Virus record (IMG/VR): IMGVR_UViG_3300030419_007002
Location: 1 to 64,000 of that record
Source: a virus
Length of the DNA stretch: 64,000 bases
Reading direction: 5' to 3' (one strand)
The position numbers were made by a program, and so were the translations under genes. Shown in pieces: positions 57,357-64,000 of this stretch (positions within the stretch are counted from its first letter, which is position 1; each line of letters begins with the position of its first letter). The notes below the pieces were generated by a model that searched no databases, was not told where the DNA came from, and saw only the letters and a program-made list of their open reading frames with translations.

Positions 57357-57696
57357 AAAAGAACGATTAGAGAAAAAAGGCTGGTCTGTTGGAGATACGG
57401 ATGATTTTCTAAATGACGAGTCTCTTGAAGAATTTATGTCTAGTGATTTTCCGAGGGTTTATATACATGACGTTAAAAATAACCCAGACGATACCTGCTC
57501 TATAGAAATTTCTACTAATAAAGCTTTTGACGAACTCTTTAAGAAAGAAAAAAATCGTAAGCGAGTTAGCAATAAAGGAATACAGGAGTTTTTTATAGAG
57601 CTACTCGAAAAGGGTCTAGCTAAAGAAGATGGGTACGATTTAAAGACATTAGACAAGCGTAAGTCAAGTCGTAAGGCAAGTAAACTTTACAAATAG
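57343..57696 (+). CDS. hypothetical protein
   Basis: ORF. Confidence 0.6.
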   Translation: MKKYKKERLEKKGWSVGDTDDFLNDESLEEFMSSDFPRVYIHDVKNNPDDTCSIEISTNKAFDELFKKEKNRKRVSNKGIQEFFIELLEKGLAKEDGYDLKTLDKRKSSRKASKLYK

Positions 57697-57722
57697 ACGG
57701 ACAAATGTAAAAAAGCTAAAAG

Positions 57723-57917
57723 ATGTTTAAAAGACTTTGGTTAATTTGGTCGAGGACGGTAGATCATCGCATTGGCAAAACCGACGATGACGCCCCAGAT
57801 ATTCCAATTTTAAAAAACAAAGATGCGAATATTAGTTTGTTAATAAGGACCGTAATCGTTATAATAAATGTAGTAACTTGTTTTTTTATTATAGCTAATG
57901 TGATAAGGCACTGGTAA
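57723..57917 (+). CDS. small membrane protein
   Basis: W.IWS...RT.....N..TCFFIIANVIRHW. Confidence 0.65.
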   Translation: MFKRLWLIWSRTVDHRIGKTDDDAPDIPILKNKDANISLLIRTVIVIINVVTCFFIIANVIRHW

Positions 57918-57919
57918 AT

Positions 57920-58498
57920 ATGAATATAGCATTACCAATTTTATTATTAGTATTTGGAGCACTGAGCTTTTGGATACTCACTGAATCAAGCGTTAGGTGG
58001 TATATCAAAACGGCTTGCATTACAACGTTTTGTTTATTCACGATCGTTTTTTGGACAACTATACACACCTTCTTGGGGTGGTCGGCTCACGAAGAATATA
58101 TGCCTCAAAAAGTTTTGGTTCATTGGGTAATAATCAAAGAGCCCAATAAAGTAACCGAGTCGAAAGGCTCTATACACATTTTGATAGAGTCCATAGAAGA
58201 CGCAAAAGGAAATATGATTTCCAAATTCTTCGGCTACAGAACGGATAAAATTGAGCCAAGGCTATTTGAACTAAAATACAACAGAGAGCTTCACGAAAAA
58301 CTCGAAAAATTAAAACAGAGACTTAAACAAGGCCAACCTGTAGCTGGTAAATTCACCAAAGAAGGAGAGAAAGGAAAGGCTAAGGGTGGAAAGGGAAAGA
58401 AAAACGACAAGAACGGAGAGGGCAGCGAATCTCAAGAGCAAAGCTGGGAATTCCACGAATTATTACCATCAGAAATACAAGGGAAACCAGAGCGATGA
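57920..58498 (+). CDS. two-TM membrane protein, possible third component of the ExbB/ExbD-like pair
   Basis: Two TM segments, GW, EP, EPRLFELKYNRELHE, G/K-rich linker. Confidence 0.6.
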   Translation: MNIALPILLLVFGALSFWILTESSVRWYIKTACITTFCLFTIVFWTTIHTFLGWSAHEEYMPQKVLVHWVIIKEPNKVTESKGSIHILIESIEDAKGNMISKFFGYRTDKIEPRLFELKYNRELHEKLEKLKQRLKQGQPVAGKFTKEGEKGKAKGGKGKKNDKNGEGSESQEQSWEFHELLPSEIQGKPER

Positions 58499-58655
58499 AA
58501 GAAAAAATAAAAGAAGTATTAAAGCGTTACGAAAACATGCAGGTCAACTTAGGCTCAGAAGTAGCTAGAGATATATTAGCAGAAGAAATACTTTCGGCGC
58601 TAGACCCAGAGAAAGAAACCAAAGAGTGGCTAGATAAAAACGATAAGACTAGTGA

Positions 58656-58862
58656 ATGCGGAGGAGTATAGTGCACGAATTCAAACTACCCCCCTATATA
58701 TGCCCCTACGAAAAACGCAAGAAATTTTGCAGAAAAATAAGAGACACTGAAAAAGAAATCCAAAACTTGAAAAGCGAGGGGCGTTGGAAAGAGGTCGCCC
58801 ACTTACAATGTGTCTTAAGAAACTCTTGGTGGGGATACAAAAGATTTGCCGAAAACAAATAA
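58656..58862 (+). CDS. hypothetical protein
   Basis: ORF. Confidence 0.5.
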   Translation: MRRSIVHEFKLPPYICPYEKRKKFCRKIRDTEKEIQNLKSEGRWKEVAHLQCVLRNSWWGYKRFAENK

Positions 58863-58880
58863 TTGTGTATAATAATATAC

Positions 58881-59294
58881 GGGAGCGTACTGGATTCGAT
58901 TTAGGGTCTTACGCCAGATTGCAAGTAGAGGATGATAGTTGGCCTCTTTAATAATCTATCTAGGAAACTTCAACTGCCGATAATATTGTTGATATGGCTC
59001 CTTCGCTTGACGAAGCTGATGCGATTCTCGCTAAGTTTGGTTGGACCGAAGAGGCCGCGATGGCAGCATAGATTGCCCCGTCCTACTCCGGATGCTCGTT
59101 AAGGAGATAGGGCGACGACAGCGAGCAAAACACTGGTTGAGTCTGGTTGAGTCTCCAGTTGCTTAAAAAAAGATAGACCAAACCTTACGTGAAGTTGTCG
59201 GTCACAGACACGTATTGCATTAGATCGACTAAGCTTGTAGTAATTTGAGCCGATGGCTTTAAAGACGCGGGTTCGATTCCCGCCGCTTCCACCA
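58881..59294 (+). ncRNA. ssrA: tmRNA
   Basis: GGGAGCG/CGCTTCC-ACCA acceptor with G3.U, GGATTCGA, GGTTCGATTCC T arm, tag ORF 58976-59071 ending AMAA*. Confidence 0.95.
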
Positions 59295-59302
59295 ATTTTA
59301 AC

Positions 59303-59722
59303 ATGAGACTGTACAATATAAAGGGGAGGCTTCAAAGCAGGAATGTCTCCAAGTATCTCATAGACTGGGATGGAAAATCTAGGTCAAAAATACAATTCTC
59401 AGTAAAACAATTCTTAAAATCATTCTGGAAGAATCAAATAGTTTATGAAGAGTTCCCCGTATACGGGACAAGGCTCAAGGTAGATATTTTAAATGCTACA
59501 AAGAAAATAGCGATAGAAGTACAAGGTAAACAACATAGTGAATTTAACAAATTCTTTCATAAAAACAGTGCATCTAATTACCTTAGCTCTATAAAAAGGG
59601 ACGTACAGAAAAGAGAGTGGCTTGAATTAAATAATTTTAAAATACTCGAGATAGAACAAGAGGATATAAACCAACTTTCTTTAGAATATATAGAAAAAAC
59701 ATTTAATGTCTCTATTTTATAA
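59303..59722 (+). CDS. DUF559/Vsr-like endonuclease
   Basis: EEFP, D, IAIEVQG.QH, RD..K..W...N. Confidence 0.75.
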   Translation: MRLYNIKGRLQSRNVSKYLIDWDGKSRSKIQFSVKQFLKSFWKNQIVYEEFPVYGTRLKVDILNATKKIAIEVQGKQHSEFNKFFHKNSASNYLSSIKRDVQKREWLELNNFKILEIEQEDINQLSLEYIEKTFNVSIL

Positions 59723-59737
59723 ACAGTGTAATCCATA

Positions 59738-60037
59738 TTGGTGAAAAATAATAAATTTGTATTCCCGAAGCAAATCCTAGACCAAATAAATGAGTGCTCT
59801 AATGGAGGATTTATTCTATTTACTCTAAATGACGAAGGTTTACCAGAAGTACATAGCGACTTCGATAATCCTATTCATGCTATGGCTTTACAATATTATG
59901 TTAACAATTGGTCAAAAGCGGTTGAAATGCTGAACACTGAAGCGACCACGTCTTCATTAGAACTTCAAGAGATGCCTCCACCAGATGAAGAAAGTGAGAT
60001 TGAAGAACCAGAAGACAATGACGAAGATTGCATTTGA
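59738..60037 (+). CDS. hypothetical protein with acidic tail
   Basis: ORF after a GTGTAA motif. Confidence 0.7.
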   Translation: MVKNNKFVFPKQILDQINECSNGGFILFTLNDEGLPEVHSDFDNPIHAMALQYYVNNWSKAVEMLNTEATTSSLELQEMPPPDEESEIEEPEDNDEDCI

Positions 60038-60062
60038 CTTTTAGCTCACTTTATAATATCTT
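60034..60062 (+). promoter_or_regulatory. sigma70-like promoter
   Basis: TTGACT-17-TATCTT. Confidence 0.55.
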
Positions 60063-60133
60063 TCATAAGATTTTGCGACAAATTGTCCCCTCAAAAAAAT
60101 GGGACTTACTGGTTGATGATATTATAATACGGC

Positions 60134-61633
60134 ATGAGCAACATATATTCCTTACAACTCGAAAAGCATGTCCTTGGAGGACTGATTAATCACCCCGACG
60201 TTTTCCCCGAAGTAGATAAATTTTTATCTGAATCAGACTTCTTTAGCGAAGTACATTATACAATTTTTTGCGTTATAAGAAAATCACTTTCAAAAAACGA
60301 GAAGGTAGATAAGGTCATCTTGGCTGACCAACTTAAGAACTGGGGGATCAAATATAACGGAGATTTAGACATCTACGAATACATAGATGGCATAGCGTTT
60401 ACTCAAATCAAGAAAAGCGCAGTTATACAAGCGGTAAAAGACCTCAAAAAGTACTCCCTCAGGAGGGACTACGAAAAAATCGGAGAAGAACTTAAGGATT
60501 CCATGCGCAAAAATGGAGAAAAAAAGTTCGAAGAGATTATAGAAAGTGCAGATAAAGTATGCAACCAATTAGTTACGAAATACACTGAGGCAGAAGAACC
60601 CACGAAGCTAACCACGGGATTAGTAGACCTCCTAGAAGACAGGGGGAATAACCCAGTCGAAGAAATAGGCCTAGCCACCCCATTCAAATGCTTAAACGAA
60701 ATGTACGGAGGGTTAAGGGTGGGGCAAGCCTTCGCAATAGCAGCTAGACCAAAGCAAGGCAAAAGCACCTTCCTTAACCAAGTAGCCTTCGAGACGGCAA
60801 GGATAAATAAATGTAAAGTTCTTTTCCTAGACACAGAAATGGCAACGGAGGAAGTAAAATTCCGAAGGTCAGCAGCTTTAACAGATATAAATCCTTGGTG
60901 GCTAGAAACAGGCAACTGGAGAAAAAATGAAGAGATGGTTAAAAAGGTTCGTTCGTGTGAGGGCTTGAAAGAGGATCATGATGTTTATCATCTTTACATT
61001 GGCAACATGAGCGTTGACAAGATTTGCTCTCTAATAAGAAGGTTTAAATATAACCACGTGGGCAGGGGCAATAATTTTTTAGTAGTTTATGATTACCTAA
61101 AAATAACCGGAGAAAAACTATCGGATTTTAACAAGGAATACCAAGCGATAGGTGATAAAATTAATATGCTTAAATCTGTATGCATGGAAACTGAAGCTTG
61201 CCTACTAACCGCTAACCAACTAAATAGAACCGGAGAGAACAGGGGGAGAAGGGGTGCCCAAGTAGTAGATGATATGTCTACGCTAGCTGGCTCAGATAGA
61301 TTAGCTTGGTTCGGTGGCAATATATTCATCTTCAGAGCCAAGACGGAAGATGAAGTACACCTAGATAACAGGGGCGGCATAGATCGAGGTACTCATAAAT
61401 TAATTTGCGTAGCCTCCCGTTACCAAGGCAAAAATGCAGCGGGTTTTAGGGACATGGTAACTAGGACATTAGAAGATGGCTCGCAACGAGCAGAGCCGAA
61501 TTATATTAATTTTAATATAAGTAATTTTAGGGTAGAGGAGCAGGGCACACTAGAAGACATAATCAGGAGAGAAGAGGGCATAGCAGATATATCAGACATA
61601 AGTGGAGATGACGGAGACTTTCTTTTAGAATGA
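60134..61633 (+). CDS. dnaB: replicative DNA helicase
   Basis: E..VLGGL N-domain, AARPKQGKST, DTEM, DYLK, NQLNR. Confidence 0.92.
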   Translation: MSNIYSLQLEKHVLGGLINHPDVFPEVDKFLSESDFFSEVHYTIFCVIRKSLSKNEKVDKVILADQLKNWGIKYNGDLDIYEYIDGIAFTQIKKSAVIQAVKDLKKYSLRRDYEKIGEELKDSMRKNGEKKFEEIIESADKVCNQLVTKYTEAEEPTKLTTGLVDLLEDRGNNPVEEIGLATPFKCLNEMYGGLRVGQAFAIAARPKQGKSTFLNQVAFETARINKCKVLFLDTEMATEEVKFRRSAALTDINPWWLETGNWRKNEEMVKKVRSCEGLKEDHDVYHLYIGNMSVDKICSLIRRFKYNHVGRGNNFLVVYDYLKITGEKLSDFNKEYQAIGDKINMLKSVCMETEACLLTANQLNRTGENRGRRGAQVVDDMSTLAGSDRLAWFGGNIFIFRAKTEDEVHLDNRGGIDRGTHKLICVASRYQGKNAAGFRDMVTRTLEDGSQRAEPNYINFNISNFRVEEQGTLEDIIRREEGIADISDISGDDGDFLLE

Positions 61634-62550
61634 TGGATTACAAAAACATCCTTGGCGAAATAGGCTATTCCAATATCGTGGATAACGGTAGAGAATTAAG
61701 AATGAAGCCTATCTATAGAGAGTCTAGCAGCAACACCGTGTTAAGTGTCCGCAAGGACAGCGGCTATTTTATAGATTTTAGTAAAAATATTAGTGGCTCA
61801 TTTTACGACTTGGTTAAAATATCTTTAAAGCTAAAGTCCATAGACGAAGCAAAAACTTGGGTCTCCAAGGGGAACAGTATACCAGACGCAGAGAAGATAA
61901 AGCATCAGCCCAAGATCAAAACTCAAAGAGTTTTTTCCAAAGATCCTTTGTCTAAAATTCTACCCATCCACTCCTACTGGGTAAACAGAGGTGTCCCAGA
62001 AGACGTAGTAAAAATATTTAAAGGGGGAGAAATGAGGGAAAAGGGGAAGATGAAAGACAGATATGTTTTTCCTATTTTTAACTGGAAGGATGAGCTCATA
62101 GGTATAAGCGGCAGATATTTACTAGACCTAGAAAAGGGATCCAAGATACCTAAATGGAAACATTATGGTGACAAAAGTAAATGGAATTACCCACTGTTCA
62201 TTAACAGTAAGATTATTAGAAACAAAAAGGAAGTCATCCTAGTGGAAAGCATAGGAGATATGTTGGGATTATGGAAGGCTAACCACCATAATGTTATGGT
62301 TACTTTTGGATTAGATGTCAGCGTGTCTATGATAAATACATTCTTAAAAATGGACATGAATAAAATCATTATTGCATTTAATAACGATTCAGAAAACAAC
62401 AGCGCAGGAAATGAAGCGGCAAAAAAAGCTCATAAAAAAATGCTAAAGTATTTTGACCCCCATCAATTGTCAGTAAATTTACCAGACAAAAAAGATTTTG
62501 GCGAGATGTCCATAGACGAAATTAACGCATGGGCCTCTTCAATTAACTAA
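61630..62550 (+). CDS. DNA primase (TOPRIM)
   Basis: RYVFPI, GISGR, KWKH, LVESIGD, FNND, DFG. Confidence 0.85.
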   Translation: MMDYKNILGEIGYSNIVDNGRELRMKPIYRESSSNTVLSVRKDSGYFIDFSKNISGSFYDLVKISLKLKSIDEAKTWVSKGNSIPDAEKIKHQPKIKTQRVFSKDPLSKILPIHSYWVNRGVPEDVVKIFKGGEMREKGKMKDRYVFPIFNWKDELIGISGRYLLDLEKGSKIPKWKHYGDKSKWNYPLFINSKIIRNKKEVILVESIGDMLGLWKANHHNVMVTFGLDVSVSMINTFLKMDMNKIIIAFNNDSENNSAGNEAAKKAHKKMLKYFDPHQLSVNLPDKKDFGEMSIDEINAWASSIN

Positions 62551-63569
62551 TGAATAATAAAGAAAGTATTTTATCTGCATCACGCATTAAAACGCTCGAA
62601 GCGTGTTCGTGGCTGTATTGGTGCAAATACAAGCTCAAACTGCCTGAGAAGACCAATTCCGGCGCATTAAGGGGCACTATATGCCATCTTATCCTAGAGC
62701 TTCTCCTCAAAAAAAGACATAAAAAACATTATAATTTAATAATTAAAGAAGGACATATAAAGGCTAGTAGCTCCGTAGATAAAGTAGTTAAAAAATACCT
62801 CAAGAAGCACAAGCTTTTAGACTCAAACGAAGACGAGGATCACTACGGACTTTGTAGCGATATGATTTTAGTTGGGCTTAAAAATGATTTCTTTAGCGAG
62901 GGCGGAAAGATCTTAGACCCTGAATATGAATTCCTATTAGAGAGTGAAGACCCACCATATAAAGTGATGGGGTTTATGGATAAAACAGTTACCTATAGCA
63001 AGAAAAAAGAAATCTTAATATCCGATTATAAAACCAGCAAGAGTAAATTTTCTGGAGAAGATTTAGATTCTAACTTACAAGGATTAATTTACAGCCTAGC
63101 TGCAAAAAAGATATGGCCTAAACTTAAATCTTCCATAAGGTTCATATTCTTAAAATTCCCCAAAGACCCACTGCAAGAGTTATCCTTTAAAGATTCTCAG
63201 CTTAGCGGGTTAGAATATTACTTAGCTCATGTTTTTAAAATTATAAATAATTTCTCGGAAGAAACAGCCTCTACAAATTATGCGGCAGATCAGCCTATGC
63301 CCCCTAAAGGGGGAGGCTTTAAAGGCCCACTGAACTGTGGCTTCGCCAAGAGGAAAGGTCAACTCAAAAAAGATGGCTCACTCATGTGGCATTGTCCGTT
63401 TAAATTTGATTTTGAATATCATGCTCTTGTCAACGAGCTCGGAGAAACCATATCCTCAGCCTTCGATGAGGATAGCTTACCCACCCCCAAGGACGGCGAA
63501 TCCATAGTTAAAAAGAAGTACGATGGATGCCCCAGACATAACAATAAAAATGATGATTTTGATTTTTAG
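62550..63569 (+). CDS. PD-(D/E)xK exonuclease (RecB/Cas4-like)
   Basis: SASRIKT...C, GT..H..LE, GFMDK, DYKTSK, Q...Y. Confidence 0.8.
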   Translation: MNNKESILSASRIKTLEACSWLYWCKYKLKLPEKTNSGALRGTICHLILELLLKKRHKKHYNLIIKEGHIKASSSVDKVVKKYLKKHKLLDSNEDEDHYGLCSDMILVGLKNDFFSEGGKILDPEYEFLLESEDPPYKVMGFMDKTVTYSKKKEILISDYKTSKSKFSGEDLDSNLQGLIYSLAAKKIWPKLKSSIRFIFLKFPKDPLQELSFKDSQLSGLEYYLAHVFKIINNFSEETASTNYAADQPMPPKGGGFKGPLNCGFAKRKGQLKKDGSLMWHCPFKFDFEYHALVNELGETISSAFDEDSLPTPKDGESIVKKKYDGCPRHNNKNDDFDF

Positions 63570-63572
63570 AGC

Positions 63573-63601
63573 TTGACTTTCTTCTGCTTTTAGTTTATCA
63601 T
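63573..63601 (+). promoter_or_regulatory. sigma70-like promoter (leaderless)
   Basis: TTGACT-17-TATCAT, 6 nt before ATG. Confidence 0.65.
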
Positions 63602-63607
63602 TAGTAA

Positions 63608-64000
63608 ATGAGTGTTTTACCGTTATTTAAGTCACATTATTCCTTAGGTAAAAGCATATTAACCTTAGAAAGCCCAGAGTCAGTATACCCAGAAGGCCCT
63701 GACTCCATTATAAAGATATGCAAAGACAATGAAATATCCTCTTTCTTCTTGATAGAAGATAATATGAGCAGCTTCCTTCAGGCCTATAAAAATTCCTGCC
63801 TAGAAAACATAAAGTTTAACTTTGGTTTAAGGTTAACCGTATGTAATGACATGGAAGCAAAAAACCAAGACGAATTAACTAAATCCTGCAAGTATGTTAT
63901 TATTGCAAATAATGATGAGGGGTACAGAAAGTTAATAAAAATTTATTCTTTAGCTTCTCAGAGGGGCTTCTATTATGAGCCAAGAATAGATTTTAAAAAT
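63608..64000 (+). CDS. DNA polymerase III alpha-like PHP domain (truncated by the window)
   Basis: MSVLPLFKSHYSLGKSILTLE...FGLR...IIANNDEGYRKLIKIYS.AS..GFYYEPRID. Confidence 0.8.
   Translation, partial: MSVLPLFKSHYSLGKSILTLESPESVYPEGPDSIIKICKDNEISSFFLIEDNMSSFLQAYKNSCLENIKFNFGLRLTVCNDMEAKNQDELTKSCKYVIIANNDEGYRKLIKIYSLASQRGFYYEPRIDFKN

Noticed and set aside
59099-59335. 78-aa minus-strand ORF
   Set aside because: Antisense to the tmRNA 3' end
62550-63569. Cas4-like nuclease as a sign of CRISPR-Cas
   Set aside because: No repeat-spacer array or other cas genes seen; the context is the replication module
1-64000. Stop-codon reassignment, inteins or self-splicing introns
   Set aside because: Long genes are intact in code 11 and use all three stops; NrdA, NrdB, RecA and DnaB have normal lengths with no intein motifs
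1-64000. Cellular (bacterial or archaeal) or NCLDV origin
   Set aside because: No ribosomal or housekeeping operons, many short orphan genes and a compact phage-type replication module; bacterial promoters, sigma factor and tmRNA argue against a eukaryotic virus. No virion genes are in the window, so phage status is inferred

Overview
A 64-kb, AT-rich, gene-dense segment of a large (jumbo-type) dsDNA bacteriophage read in the standard genetic code. Genes run on the minus strand from 1 to about 29.1 kb and on the plus strand after a divergent promoter at about 29.15 kb. Core phage functions present: GMP reductase, dUTPase, dCMP deaminase, dNMP kinase, NrdA and a Chlamydia-like class Ic NrdB, a sigma factor, RecA, DnaB, primase, a PD-(D/E)xK nuclease and the start of a DnaE-type polymerase. 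It also carries tRNA-Arg(UCU), a tmRNA with a 31-codon tag, a large glycan synthesis and modification arsenal (GTs, four sulfotransferases, APS kinase, NodU, WbpB/D/E-like, Gmd, PMM), amino-acid catabolic enzymes, an ATE1/Bpt-like transferase and an ExbB/ExbD-like membrane pair. The best candidates for something undescribed are two ORF-free, highly base-paired regions, each with its own sigma70-like promoter and intrinsic terminator. One is about 360 nt (26915-27275). The other is about 140 nt with a predicted double pseudoknot (13605-13744). Three promoter classes are visible: mostly leaderless sigma70, a GTGTAA motif, and sigma54 in front of Hsp20. All product calls come from recognising motifs by eye; no searches or folding programs were run. 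A PVC-superphylum host is only a weak inference.
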